A stretch of 62,861 bases of DNA from an uncultured Bacilli bacterium (GTDB lineage: Bacteria; Bacillota_I; Bacilli_A; RF39; UBA660): contig CANPVU010000003.1 of assembly GCA_947581765.1 (NCBI GenBank), positions 1 to 62,861 on the forward strand, read 5' to 3'. Below are positions 1 through 10,244 of the stretch, in pieces. The translations under genes and the position numbers were made by a program. The stretch's first letter is position 1. Every line of letters begins with the position of its first letter. Under the pieces are notes generated by a model. The model ran no database searches, was not told the DNA's origin, and was given only the letters and a program-made list of their open reading frames with translations.

Positions 1-92
1 GTAAAATTATTATACTAATAAATCAATGATTTGCAACTTCACCAATTTACTAATCAGTATTATACGTGTTATAATTAAGTGGGAGTGATATT

Positions 93-701
93 ATGAAGTT
101 AACTAATACTGATTTAGTAGCATTAGAAAATAATGATAGTGAATATATATTAAATAGTGGGATTTTTGAAGAATTAGAAAATAATATAGAAGATTCAAAA
201 GAATACTATATATTAGCAGCTTGTATGGGTAATGCAAGCGCTATAAACAAATTAGGAAAATGTTATTTAGAAGAAGATAGTGATTTAGCTTTAGCATATT
301 TTAAATTAGCTGCTAGAAAAAATGATCCATCTGCACTTTATAATTTAGGACATATTTATAACTACGGTAAATGTGTAAAAAAGGATATTGAACTTGCTAA
401 CTACTATTATAAGAAAGCTATGCAAATAGTAGATAGTGATGATAATTTAAGATATGATTATCCAAATTTATATTATGAAGTAGCACAAACATTAATAGAT
501 AGTAAAGATGATGAAAATTTAGATTTAGCATTTGATTTTCTTACAACTGCAAAAATAGGTTTTGCAGCACAATTACCAGAATCTGAAAAAGAATTAATAG
601 AAGTAACTGACTTATTAAATGATAGTATGTTTGATGAGATAAGAAATTTATATGAAACTGATGAAGAAGATGATGATTGTTGTTGTGGACATTGTCATTA
701 G
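93..701 (+). CDS. Sel1-like (TPR-family) repeat protein with acidic Cys/His-rich C-terminal tail
   Basis: Repeats of the Sel1 type (LALAYFKLAARKNDPSALYNLGHIYNYGKCVKKDIELANYYYKKA). GGGAG RBS lies 7 nt before the ATG. The protein ends DEEDDDCCCGHCH. Confidence 0.7.
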   Translation: MKLTNTDLVALENNDSEYILNSGIFEELENNIEDSKEYYILAACMGNASAINKLGKCYLEEDSDLALAYFKLAARKNDPSALYNLGHIYNYGKCVKKDIELANYYYKKAMQIVDSDDNLRYDYPNLYYEVAQTLIDSKDDENLDLAFDFLTTAKIGFAAQLPESEKELIEVTDLLNDSMFDEIRNLYETDEEDDDCCCGHCH

Positions 702-707
702 ATAGAT

Positions 708-1079
708 ATGAATGATATAGAAAAATTACTTGATAGTTTATCTAAATCTAAGTTTAGGGGAAGTTTTCATCTAAATAAAAAGATGAAGGAATATGTTAAT
801 ACTAAAGGATTAGATATAGTAAGAAATCATGCATATGATTTTGTATTACAAAGACTATCTATGGCATATATACCTAATGATGGTAAACAAACTCCAACAA
901 GACAAGTACATCCAGTATTTATTGCGCAACATGCTTGTGGATGTTGTTGTAGGGGATGTCTAGAACGTATTCATCATATACCTAAAGGAAGAAAATTAAC
1001 TGATGAAGAAATAAAGTATATAGTTGATGTTATAATGACATGGATTAAAAGAGAAGTAGAATTTGATAAAGAAGGTTAA
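708..1079 (+). CDS. DUF4186-family protein
   Basis: The motif HPVFIAQHACGCCCRGCLERIHHIPKGRKLTDEE is characteristic of DUF4186. An intrinsic terminator follows directly. Confidence 0.6.
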   Translation: MNDIEKLLDSLSKSKFRGSFHLNKKMKEYVNTKGLDIVRNHAYDFVLQRLSMAYIPNDGKQTPTRQVHPVFIAQHACGCCCRGCLERIHHIPKGRKLTDEEIKYIVDVIMTWIKREVEFDKEG

Positions 1080-1098
1080 GCAATTTGCTTAACTTTTT
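1075..1098 (+). terminator. Rho-independent terminator
   Basis: Stem gttaagca (1075-1082) pairs with tgcttaac (1086-1093) around a 3-nt loop, followed by TTTTT. Confidence 0.6.
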
Positions 1099-1164
1099 GT
1101 TTAATATAAATAGTGATATAATTTTAATAGTTTATGTATTAATATATAAATAAGTAGTAAAGGA

Positions 1165-2013
1165 ATGTATTATATGAAGGAAGAATATATTAAATATGCT
1201 TTAGAAACATTTAAGGGTAGGGCATTAGAGTTAGTATTAAATCAAATAGAATTATATTATGATAATGAATCTATTATAACTAAAAATAGATATTTTAAGG
1301 GAGATAGTGTATTACTTAAAAAAGGAACATTTATACATGGAATAAGAGGTAGATTAGATAACTTTGATTGGACACTTAAAAATGGATTTGTATCTACTAA
1401 TTTTACTGGTGTTAAAAATAATAATAAGTATTTTAATAATATAGGTATGTGGAATATACAAGAAGATATATTATTAAAAGACTATGTATATTTATATAGT
1501 GGTGTAACATTAGGATATACAATAGGAAGAGGTTATGGTTCTATACTTAAAACTAAATTAATACCATATCATGAATTTGAAAGTACTATTGAAAAAATAA
1601 GTGATGATGAATCTATTTGGATGTGGAATGCAGAACAAACAAAAGAAATTAGATTTTTACCATCTTTAGCATCTAATAAAATACAAATAGCATTCATATT
1701 AAATATGGAAAGTGAGTATGCTAAAAAATTAAAGAAGGCTGACATATTTAATAAAGATATGGATTATGATGTATTAAAATATTTTATTGCTGATAGAATA
1801 TTAGATAATTTTATTAATGATGAGAGAAATTCTTTTACTACTGATAGGGAAAGTGCTATTATGTTTGGATTACCTCCAAAATTAATAGAAGGAGTAATAT
1901 TAGGTAGATTATTAGAAAATGATAATGATGCTATAAATTATATTAATAGTAAGTTACCAGATTGTTATATATGTAATATAGATGGATTGGTATTATTAGG
2001 AAATAAGAAATAA
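1165..2013 (+). CDS. Hypothetical protein (no family recognised)
   Basis: Long ORF in the same orientation as its neighbours. The ATG at 1174 has better RBS spacing (AAAGGA at 1159-1164) than the ATG at 1165. Confidence 0.5.
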   Translation: MYYMKEEYIKYALETFKGRALELVLNQIELYYDNESIITKNRYFKGDSVLLKKGTFIHGIRGRLDNFDWTLKNGFVSTNFTGVKNNNKYFNNIGMWNIQEDILLKDYVYLYSGVTLGYTIGRGYGSILKTKLIPYHEFESTIEKISDDESIWMWNAEQTKEIRFLPSLASNKIQIAFILNMESEYAKKLKKADIFNKDMDYDVLKYFIADRILDNFINDERNSFTTDRESAIMFGLPPKLIEGVILGRLLENDNDAINYINSKLPDCYICNIDGLVLLGNKK

Positions 2014-2067
2014 AACTTTAAATGCAAACATTTGTATGATATAATACTATTTGATGGAAGTGTTATT

Positions 2068-3546
2068 ATGAAAAGAGTATATGTTTGTATAGATTTAAAA
2101 AGTTTTTATGCTTCTGTAGAATGTGTAGAAAGAGGCCTAGATCCTATTACAACTAATTTAGTAGTTGCTGATATATCAAGGACAGAAAAAACTATATGTT
2201 TAGCCGTTAGTCCATCTTTAAAATCTTATGGATTACCTGGAAGAGCTAGATTATTTGAAGTAAATGAAAAGATAAAAAATATAAATATAGAAAGACAAAG
2301 AAGAGCATATAAACATAAATTTAGTGGTAAATCTTATAATATTGAACAGTTAAATAAGAATAATAATTTAAAACTAGATTATATAGTAGCACCTCCTAGA
2401 ATGGCTTATTATCTAGATTATAGTACTAAAATATATAATGTATATCTTAAGTATTTAGCACCTGAGGATATATATGTATACTCAATAGATGAAGTATTTT
2501 GTGATATAACTAATTATTTAAAATATTATAATATGGGACCTAATAAGTTAGTTACTAATATAATAAAAGATATATATAATACAACAGGTATTACTGCTAC
2601 TGCAGGTATAGGGGATAATCTTTATTTAGCTAAAGTAGCTATGGATATAGTATCTAAACATACTAAACCTAATAAATTAGGTGTTAGAGTAGCATACTTA
2701 GATGAGATGAGTTATAGAAAATTACTTTGGAGTCACAAACCAATTACTGATTTTTGGAGAGTAGGAACTGGGTATGCTAAAAGATTAGAAAAATATAATA
2801 TATATACTATGGGTGATATAGCTAGAACATCTATAGATAATGAAGATCTATTATATAAATTATTTGGTGTAAATGCAGAAATTTTAATAGATCATGCGTG
2901 GGGATATGAACCCTGTACTATTAGTGATATTAAAAATTATAAACCTATTAATAATAGTCTTACACAAGGGCAAGTATTAAGTTGTCCATATGACTTTAAA
3001 AAGGCTAGATTAGTAGTAAGTGAGATGATGGATTTATTATCATTAGAATTAGTAAGTAAGAACTTAATTACAGATAGGGTAACATTAACAATAGGATATG
3101 ATATATGTAATGATATAGATGATATTGAAACTGATATAGATAGATATGGAAGAGTAATACCTAAATCTTCACATGGTACAATTAGTTTAGAATATAAAAC
3201 ATCTAGTACTAATAATTTAACTTTAGCTATATTAAAATTATATGATAGTATAGTTAAACCATCTCTTAAAATAAAAAGAATTAATATGTGTGTATCTAAT
3301 TTAGATAGTAGTATAAATTCTAATCAAAAGATAATAAAACAATTAGATTTATTTACTGATAGTGTTACTGAAGATAATAAGATAAAAAATAAAATATTAT
3401 CTGATGAAAATGAGAGAAAAATACAAAATACAGTTTTAAATATAAAACAAAAATATGGTAAAAATTCTATAATAAAGGGTATGGATTTACAAGATGGCGC
3501 TACTACAATTGAAAGAAATGGATTAATAGGAGGACATAAGGCATAA
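2068..3546 (+). CDS. Y-family DNA polymerase (ImpB/MucB/SamB, UvrX/YqjW-like translesion polymerase)
   Basis: N-terminus VYVCIDLKSFYASVECVERGLDP, plus SIDEVFCD and GIGDNLYLAKVAMD motifs. The start is moved to the ATG at 2068: GGAAG RBS at 2055-2059, and the extended -10 TGATATAAT at 2036-2044 lies downstream of the track start at 2032. Confidence 0.85.
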   Translation: MKRVYVCIDLKSFYASVECVERGLDPITTNLVVADISRTEKTICLAVSPSLKSYGLPGRARLFEVNEKIKNINIERQRRAYKHKFSGKSYNIEQLNKNNNLKLDYIVAPPRMAYYLDYSTKIYNVYLKYLAPEDIYVYSIDEVFCDITNYLKYYNMGPNKLVTNIIKDIYNTTGITATAGIGDNLYLAKVAMDIVSKHTKPNKLGVRVAYLDEMSYRKLLWSHKPITDFWRVGTGYAKRLEKYNIYTMGDIARTSIDNEDLLYKLFGVNAEILIDHAWGYEPCTISDIKNYKPINNSLTQGQVLSCPYDFKKARLVVSEMMDLLSLELVSKNLITDRVTLTIGYDICNDIDDIETDIDRYGRVIPKSSHGTISLEYKTSSTNNLTLAILKLYDSIVKPSLKIKRINMCVSNLDSSINSNQKIIKQLDLFTDSVTEDNKIKNKILSDENERKIQNTVLNIKQKYGKNSIIKGMDLQDGATTIERNGLIGGHKA

Positions 3547-3968
3547 TGGATAAGTATAGTGATATAATTAATTTACCTCATCATACTTCAAGAACTAGAA
3601 ATAAAATGAGTATAGATAAAAGAGCAGCACAATTTGCACCCTTTGCAGCACTTAAAGGACATAAAGAAGCTATAATTGAAACAGAAAGATTAACTGATAA
3701 AAAAATAGAACTTGATGAAAGTGAAAAAATAATACTTAATAATAAATTATTAATAATTAAAAATAATTTATCTAAAAATCCTAATGTTACTATTACATAC
3801 TTTATAAAAGATAATAAAAAAAGTGGAGGTAGATATGTATCTATAACTGATAGTATAAAGAAAATAGATATATATAATAAATTAATTATTACAAGTAATA
3901 ATACAAAAATAAATATATATGATATTATTAATATAACAAGTATGGATATAAATTTAGAAGAGGAATGA
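3546..3968 (+). CDS. YolD-like protein
   Basis: The motif RAAQFAPFAALKGH matches YolD-like proteins. The start overlaps the polymerase stop (TAATG). The pairing with a Y-family polymerase matches the Bacillus uvrX-yolD arrangement. Confidence 0.6.
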   Translation: MDKYSDIINLPHHTSRTRNKMSIDKRAAQFAPFAALKGHKEAIIETERLTDKKIELDESEKIILNNKLLIIKNNLSKNPNVTITYFIKDNKKSGGRYVSITDSIKKIDIYNKLIITSNNTKINIYDIINITSMDINLEEE

Positions 3969-3972
3969 TAAT

Positions 3973-4653
3973 ATGAAATTAATATTAAATGGTGGAGGAG
4001 AGGGAGATATTGTAAAAAGTGCTAGAGCAAAATTAAATGAAGTAATAGATCATAATAAAAGAGCATTATATATTCCTTTTGCATGGCCAGATTCAACATA
4101 TACTGGATGTTTAGAATTTATGAAAAATGAACTAAGTGATGTAGATTTTAAAGGAATTGATATGGTAATTAGTACTGATGAGTTATTGAAGGTGAATTTA
4201 AGTGATTATTCATTTATATATATAGGTGGTGGAAATACTTATAAACTTTTATATCAATTAAAAGTATCTGGATGTTTTAATAAAATAAAAGACTATTTAA
4301 CAAATGAAGATGGTATAGTATATGGTGGATCAGCTGGAGCAATCATATTTGGATTATGCCTTGATTCATGTAATTTAGATGATGAAAATGAAGTAGGACT
4401 AACTGATAATACTGGATTTAATATGATTGATGGATACTCACTACTTTGTCATTTTACAAATAGAGATATAAATAAAACATTGGAAAGTGAAAAGTATTTA
4501 CTTGAATTATCTAAGAAAATACCTGTTTTAGCTATTCCTGAAGAGGATACTATATATGTAGATAATAAACAAATAGAATTAATAGGAAGTAAAGATTACT
4601 ATATATTTAAAGATGGTATTAAGTATACTAAAAAAATAAGTGACGTGTTATAA
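3973..4653 (+). CDS. Peptidase S51 / type 1 glutamine amidotransferase-like protein (dipeptidase E-like)
   Basis: Motifs IGGGNTYKLLYQLK and YGGSAGAIIFG match the S51 nucleophile region. Confidence 0.65.
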   Translation: MKLILNGGGEGDIVKSARAKLNEVIDHNKRALYIPFAWPDSTYTGCLEFMKNELSDVDFKGIDMVISTDELLKVNLSDYSFIYIGGGNTYKLLYQLKVSGCFNKIKDYLTNEDGIVYGGSAGAIIFGLCLDSCNLDDENEVGLTDNTGFNMIDGYSLLCHFTNRDINKTLESEKYLLELSKKIPVLAIPEEDTIYVDNKQIELIGSKDYYIFKDGIKYTKKISDVL

Positions 4654-4673
4654 TATATATAGGAGGAGTAAGC

Positions 4674-4979
4674 ATGGTAGTTAATTCGTATTTTGATGGA
4701 GGATTATTACAATTAATTGGTTATAAAATACTAGGTGTAATAGTAACAGTATTAACATTTGGTATATGTTATCCATGGGCATTTTGTATGGTATATAATT
4801 GGGAGATAAAACATACAGTTGTAGATGGTAGAAGACTTAGATTTGATGGTACAGCATTACAATTATTTGGTAATTGGATCAAGTGGTTTTTATTAACAAT
4901 TATTACATTTGGTATATATGGATTTTGGGTTTCAATATCCTTAAAAAAATGGAAAACAAAACATACACATTTTGTATAA
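4674..4979 (+). CDS. DUF898/YjgN-like small membrane protein
   Basis: Two hydrophobic hairpins carry TFGICYPWA and TFGIYGFW motifs flanking RLRFDG. AGGAGG RBS. Confidence 0.55.
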   Translation: MVVNSYFDGGLLQLIGYKILGVIVTVLTFGICYPWAFCMVYNWEIKHTVVDGRRLRFDGTALQLFGNWIKWFLLTIITFGIYGFWVSISLKKWKTKHTHFV

Positions 4980-4981
4980 AG

Positions 4982-5005
4982 ATAAGTAGCAATACTTATT
5001 TTTTA
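4982..5005 (+). terminator. Rho-independent terminator
   Basis: Stem ataagta (4982-4988) pairs with tacttat (4993-4999) around loop gcaa, followed by a T-run. Confidence 0.55.
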
Positions 5006-5066
5006 TTGTCTATAAGTGGTAGATATGTTTAGTATTTTTTGATATAATTTTACTTGAGGTGATAGT

Positions 5067-6284
5067 GTGGATATAGCAATAATAGGAGCAGGTGCATCAG
5101 GACTTATGTGCGCTATAGCTATTAAGAATAAAAATAAAAATAACACTGTTACTATATATGAAAGAAATAATAAGTGTGGTAAGAAAATATTAATAACTGG
5201 TAATGGAAGATGTAACTATTTTAATGAAGATTTTAATATTAAACATTATAATAGTAGTAATATAGATATATTAAAAAATATAATAAATGAAGATAATAAA
5301 AATAAATTATTAGAAGTATTTGATTCATTAGGAATAATACCTAAAATACAAAATGGATATTATTACCCTGTATCTAATCAAGCAAGTACTATAGTAAATG
5401 CTTTAACTATACAAGCTAAACTTATGGGAATAAACTTTGTACTTGATACTAAAATAGAAGATATAAAGTATGATAATAAATATATTTTATTAACACAAGA
5501 TAAAAAATATTATGCTGATAAAGTTGTTTTAGCACTTGGTTCTAAATCAGCACCTAATACAGGATCTGACGGGCTAGGATATAAACTTGCATCATCACTA
5601 GGACATAGTATTATTCATCCATTACCTAGTTTAGTACAACTAATTAGTGATAGTAAATACTTAAAAGATTGGGCTGGAGTTAGAAGTGAAGTTAGAGTAT
5701 CATTAATTGAAGATAATATAAAAATAAAAGAAGAATATGGAGAAATACAACTTACTGATTATGGAGTAAGTGGTATATGTATATTTAATTTAAGTGGTAT
5801 ATGTAATAGGGGATTATATAATAATAAAAGTGAAAAAATAACAATAGATTTTATGCCTAATGTAGATAATATAGAAAAATATATAATAGATAGAAATAAT
5901 AAATTAAAAAATAGAACTATTACAGAACTATTAGATGGATTATTAAATTATAAATTAGTAAACTTAATACTTAAGAAAAATAATATAAATCCTAAATTAA
6001 ATTATGATGAATTAACTATTAAAGATAAAAATAATATATTTAGTGATTTGAAACAATATACAATTAATATTATTGGATATAATGATTTTGATAAATCTCA
6101 AGTTACTAGTGGTGGTATACCACTTAATGAGATTAATATTAATACATTTGAATCTATATATAGTAAGGGATTATATATAATAGGAGAATTACTTGATGTA
6201 GATGGAGAGTGTGGAGGATATAATTTATCTTTTGCATTCTTATCAGGTATATTAGCTGGTATATCTATAGGAGATAACATATGA
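5067..6284 (+). CDS. HI0933/BaiN-like flavoprotein (NAD(P)/FAD-dependent oxidoreductase)
   Basis: Dinucleotide fold IAIIGAGASGLMCAI, TGNGRCN motif, and C-terminal GELLDVDGECGGYNL. GTG start with a GAGGTGA RBS. Confidence 0.8.
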   Translation: MDIAIIGAGASGLMCAIAIKNKNKNNTVTIYERNNKCGKKILITGNGRCNYFNEDFNIKHYNSSNIDILKNIINEDNKNKLLEVFDSLGIIPKIQNGYYYPVSNQASTIVNALTIQAKLMGINFVLDTKIEDIKYDNKYILLTQDKKYYADKVVLALGSKSAPNTGSDGLGYKLASSLGHSIIHPLPSLVQLISDSKYLKDWAGVRSEVRVSLIEDNIKIKEEYGEIQLTDYGVSGICIFNLSGICNRGLYNNKSEKITIDFMPNVDNIEKYIIDRNNKLKNRTITELLDGLLNYKLVNLILKKNNINPKLNYDELTIKDKNNIFSDLKQYTINIIGYNDFDKSQVTSGGIPLNEININTFESIYSKGLYIIGELLDVDGECGGYNLSFAFLSGILAGISIGDNI

Positions 6285-7870
6285 TAAGATTAAAACAAAT
6301 AAAGATTAATATAAATGAAGATAGTATAGATAATTTAAAAATAAAGTGTAGTAAGAAATTACATATTAAACCTAGTGATATAAATGATTTAATTATACAT
6401 GAAATGTCTTTAGATGCTAGAAGAAAACCAGAATTATATTTTGTATATACTATAGATATAAAAGTTAATAATGAAGATAATTTATTAAAAAAATATGGGT
6501 GTAATGAGATATATAAAACACCAAAAGAAGAGTATGTATTTAATGTAACTGGTAATAAAAAATTAGAACATAGACCAATAATAGTAGGTTCAGGACCTGC
6601 TGGACTTTTTTGTGCATATCAACTTGCAGAATATGGGTATAAACCAATAATAATAGAACGTGGAGAAGATGTTGATAATAGAGTTAAAACAGTAGAAGAA
6701 TTTTTTAAAACTGGTAATTTAAAAACAAATAGTAATGTACAATTTGGAGAAGGTGGAGCTGGTACATTCTCTGATGGAAAGTTAGTATCACAAGTTAAAG
6801 ATAGTAGTTTTAGAAGAAAAAGAGTTTTTGATATATTTATTGAGTGTGGTGCTGATAAGAAGATAAGTTATGAAAATAAACCTCATATAGGTACAGATTT
6901 ACTTCGTAATATAATTAAAAATATGAGAAATAAAATAATTAGTATGGGAGGAGAATTTCATTATAATACTTGTCTTACTGATATTAAAGTAGATAATAAT
7001 CATGTAACTAGTATACAAGTTAATAATGATACATGGATAGATACACAAGTACTAATAATTGCTATAGGACATAGTGCTAGAGATACTTTTAAAATGTTAT
7101 ATGATAAAAAAATAAGTATGCAACCAAAACCTTTTGCAGTAGGAGTACGTATATTACATCCACAAGAGATGATAAATAAAAATCAGTATGGATTATCTTC
7201 TCATGATAAATTAGGTGCTGCAAGTTATAAACTTACTTTTAAATCATCAAATGGTAGAGGAGTATATAGTTTTTGTATGTGTCCTGGTGGATATGTAGTT
7301 AATGCATCATCAGAGATAGGTAGACTTGCTATTAATGGAATGAGTAATAATGCTCGTGATACTAAGTGTGCTAATAGCGCCTTAATAGTTACTATTACAC
7401 CAGATGATTATGGTACTAATCCATTAGATGGTATTAATTATCAAAAAAAATTAGAAGAAAGTGCATATAATATAGGAAATGGTATGATACCTATACAATT
7501 ATATAAAGATTATAAAAAAAATATAGTATCTACTAAATTAGGTAGTGTAGAGGCTATATTTAAAGGTAAATATACTTTTTCAAATGTAAATGATATATTC
7601 CCAGAATATATAAATACTTCTTTAAAAGAAGCAATAGAATATTTTGATACAAAGATAAAAGGTTATTCTAGAGATGATGCTATAGTAGCAGGTGTTGAAA
7701 GTCGTACTTCATCACCAGTTAGAATAATTCGTGATGAAAACTTTGAAAGTAATATATTAGGACTTTATCCTTGTGGTGAAGGAGCAGGATATGCAGGAGG
7801 AATAACTAGTGCTGCTATAGACGGAATAAAAATAGCAGAGCAGGTAGCACGTATTTATACTAATAGATAG
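6281..7870 (+). CDS. FAD-dependent protein (COG2509-like uncharacterised dehydrogenase)
   Basis: Motifs IIVGSGPAGLFCAYQLA and GEGGAGTFSDGKL, plus C-terminal GEGAGYAGGITSAAIDG. The ATGA overlap with the upstream flavoprotein suggests translational coupling. Confidence 0.7.
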   Translation: MIRLKQIKININEDSIDNLKIKCSKKLHIKPSDINDLIIHEMSLDARRKPELYFVYTIDIKVNNEDNLLKKYGCNEIYKTPKEEYVFNVTGNKKLEHRPIIVGSGPAGLFCAYQLAEYGYKPIIIERGEDVDNRVKTVEEFFKTGNLKTNSNVQFGEGGAGTFSDGKLVSQVKDSSFRRKRVFDIFIECGADKKISYENKPHIGTDLLRNIIKNMRNKIISMGGEFHYNTCLTDIKVDNNHVTSIQVNNDTWIDTQVLIIAIGHSARDTFKMLYDKKISMQPKPFAVGVRILHPQEMINKNQYGLSSHDKLGAASYKLTFKSSNGRGVYSFCMCPGGYVVNASSEIGRLAINGMSNNARDTKCANSALIVTITPDDYGTNPLDGINYQKKLEESAYNIGNGMIPIQLYKDYKKNIVSTKLGSVEAIFKGKYTFSNVNDIFPEYINTSLKEAIEYFDTKIKGYSRDDAIVAGVESRTSSPVRIIRDENFESNILGLYPCGEGAGYAGGITSAAIDGIKIAEQVARIYTNR

Positions 7871-7878
7871 GAGATCTT

Positions 7879-9084
7879 ATGAAAAAGAAGTTTTTAATAA
7901 TATCAATTATAATTATTTCTTTGCCTATTTTATGTGTTGTTGGATATAAATATTATCAATATTTAAGAGTTAAAAATGCAAAAATAGAAGTTGTATTAAA
8001 TGAAGATATGAAAATAGAATTCAATGATTCTAAAAAAATATCTGATTATATAGACAGTATTAATGGAGATATAATAGATGATGTATTAATAGATACTTCT
8101 AAAGTAGGTACACAAGTAGTAGAATTTGATTTTATAAATGATGATGGAATTAAAGTTAACTATAGCTATGAAATAGAAGTTACTGATACAGTAGAACCTG
8201 TTATTTGGTTAGGGAGTACCTATAGAATAAAAAAGGGTGAAAAATTTAATGTAGATAGTATACTATGTGGAGATAATTATGATAGTAATCCAAATTGCTT
8301 TGTAGAGGGAAATTACGATGAAAATAAAGTAGGAAGTTACCCTTTAGTATTTAAAGCTATAGATAAAAGTGGTAATGAAGCTAAACAAAATTTTGTATTA
8401 ACTGTATATGAACCTAAAAAGACTACTACTAATAATAATGAAACTACAAATAAAGCAAGAACAAATTTTAATGATGTATATAAGAAATATAAAACTAATA
8501 CTACTAGTATAGGTATAGATGTTTCAAAATGGCAGGGAGATATAGATTTTTCTAAATTAAAAGAAGCAGGAGTAGAATTTATTATAATTCGTGTTGGTGG
8601 AACAAGAGGAACTAACGGAGAATATTTTTTAGATGAAAAATTTATTCAAAATATAAAGAGTGCTAATGAATATGAAATACCAGTAGGTCTATATTTTTAT
8701 TCATATGCTAACTCAAACAACCATGCATATCGTGATGCTAACTGGGTACTTGAACAAATTAAAGATTATAAAGTAGAACTTCCAATAGCATTCGATTGGG
8801 AAGAATGGTCTAGTTTTAACGAATATAATTTAAGTTTTTTTGAGTTAACTAATATAGGTGAAACTTTTTTAGATACATTATCTAAAGCTGGTTATGAAGG
8901 AATGTTATATAGTAGTAAATCATATTTAGATTATATATGGTATCCTACTAAACATTATGTATGGCTTGCACATTATACTGATAAATCTACATATAAAGGA
9001 AAATATAAATTTTGGCAAATGTGTAGTAATGGAGAAGTACCAGGAATTAATGGTGATGTAGATATAGATATTATGTATAATTAA
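7879..9084 (+). CDS. Membrane-anchored GH25 muramidase (lysozyme) with Ig-like (DUF5011-type) module
   Basis: N-terminal TM helix. GIDVSKWQGDIDF and FIIIRVG match the GH25 signature. The preceding VEPVIW...SYPLVFKAIDKSGNEA module is Ig-like. Confidence 0.8.
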   Translation: MKKKFLIISIIIISLPILCVVGYKYYQYLRVKNAKIEVVLNEDMKIEFNDSKKISDYIDSINGDIIDDVLIDTSKVGTQVVEFDFINDDGIKVNYSYEIEVTDTVEPVIWLGSTYRIKKGEKFNVDSILCGDNYDSNPNCFVEGNYDENKVGSYPLVFKAIDKSGNEAKQNFVLTVYEPKKTTTNNNETTNKARTNFNDVYKKYKTNTTSIGIDVSKWQGDIDFSKLKEAGVEFIIIRVGGTRGTNGEYFLDEKFIQNIKSANEYEIPVGLYFYSYANSNNHAYRDANWVLEQIKDYKVELPIAFDWEEWSSFNEYNLSFFELTNIGETFLDTLSKAGYEGMLYSSKSYLDYIWYPTKHYVWLAHYTDKSTYKGKYKFWQMCSNGEVPGINGDVDIDIMYN

Positions 9085-9130
9085 AAGTAAAAAAATTTTT
9101 TATTAGTCATATAATTATATAGGTGATGAC

Positions 9131-9469
9131 ATGGCTAAAGAGGAATTTAAAAGTTTTGTAAAAAAAAATCCTAGATTAATTAAATATATAAAAAATAAGG
9201 AAATGACGTGGCAATCGTTTTATGAGATATATGATATGTATGGAGAAGATGAAAATGCATGGAAACCATATTTAGCTGATGAACAGAAAATAGAATCAAA
9301 AAATATGGATTTTATGAAATATATAAAAAATATAGATTTAGATGCAGTACAAGAATCTATAAATAGTATACAAAGAGTATTAGGAGTTGTTAGTGATTTA
9401 TCAATAAAGAGTAATACTCAAGATACTACATCACAAGTAAAACCTCTATATCAACATTTGGATGATTAA
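9131..9469 (+). CDS. ylbD: YlbD-like protein
   Basis: FKSFVKKNPRLIKYIKNKEMTWQSFYEIY...WKPY resembles Bacillus YlbD. Synteny with ylbE and rsmD supports the call. Confidence 0.55.
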   Translation: MAKEEFKSFVKKNPRLIKYIKNKEMTWQSFYEIYDMYGEDENAWKPYLADEQKIESKNMDFMKYIKNIDLDAVQESINSIQRVLGVVSDLSIKSNTQDTTSQVKPLYQHLDD

Positions 9470-9690
9470 TGCCATTAGAAATTCAATTTAAACTAAGAGA
9501 AAATCCTTTGTATATTAAATTTCTTCGCGAAAATAATATCTGGTATAAAAGATTAATGAGAGACCCATCCTTATTTAATCAGTTTGTTTATGAAATGAAG
9601 ACAAAGTATAAACTTAGAACAAGTGATAAGATAAATAAAGTAGTAGATACTTTAGATGTTGTTAGTAATTTATTTAATAACATGTTATAA
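9469..9690 (+). CDS. ylbE: YlbE-like protein
   Basis: NPLYIKFLRENNIWYKRLMRDP resembles YlbE. TAATG overlap with the ylbD-like gene. Confidence 0.55.
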   Translation: MPLEIQFKLRENPLYIKFLRENNIWYKRLMRDPSLFNQFVYEMKTKYKLRTSDKINKVVDTLDVVSNLFNNML

Positions 9691-9707
9691 TATATTTTGG
9701 TGATATT

Positions 9708-10244
9708 ATGCGAGTTATAAGTGGCAAGTATAAGGGAAAAGTTTTAAATGGATTTGATATAGATGGTACAAGACCAACTATGGATAGAGTAAAGGAATCT
9801 ATGTTTGCCAGTATACAGACATATGTAAAAAATAGTAAAGTGTTAGATTTGTTTGCAGGAAGTGGTTCACTTGGTATTGAAGCATTATCTATGGGAGCTA
9901 GTGAATGTATTTTTGTAGATAAACAACCAAAAGTAATAGATGTACTAAAAGAAAATCTTAATGGAATAACTGGTGCTAGTATAGTAAAAAGTGATTATAA
10001 AGATGCACTAAATTCGTTTAAAAATAAAGGATTATCATTTGATTTGATATTACTTGATCCACCATATAAATATAATTTAATAAATGATTGTTTAGAAAAA
10101 ATATATGAATATGATTTATTATCTTTAAATGGAATTATAGTTTGTGAATATGAAACAGAAGAAATATTAACTGATAAATTTGAACTTATAAAAGAGAAAA
10201 AATATGGTACAAAATATGTAAGATTGTATAGAAGAGTAAAATAG
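9708..10244 (+). CDS. rsmD: 16S rRNA (guanine966-N2)-methyltransferase RsmD
   Basis: Motifs RVISGKYKG, RPTMDRVKESMF, LDLFAGSGSLGIEALS and DPPY. Confidence 0.85.
   Translation: MRVISGKYKGKVLNGFDIDGTRPTMDRVKESMFASIQTYVKNSKVLDLFAGSGSLGIEALSMGASECIFVDKQPKVIDVLKENLNGITGASIVKSDYKDALNSFKNKGLSFDLILLDPPYKYNLINDCLEKIYEYDLLSLNGIIVCEYETEEILTDKFELIKEKKYGTKYVRLYRRVK

Noticed and set aside
1165-2013. An ADP-ribosyltransferase-like R-S-E pattern in the 282-aa hypothetical protein (HGIRG, VSTNF, ESE).
   Set aside because: The motifs are short, and the spacing between the S-T-x and E-x-E elements (about 100 residues) is atypical. There is no supporting context. A structure/profile search would be needed before making any claim.
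2025-2036. A possible LexA/DinR (Cheo) box, aaac-attt-gtat, overlaps the promoter of the Y-family polymerase.
   Set aside because: Only 5 of the 8 specified positions of GAAC-N4-GTTC match. Such a weak match is expected by chance in AT-rich DNA, so it is not reported as a feature.
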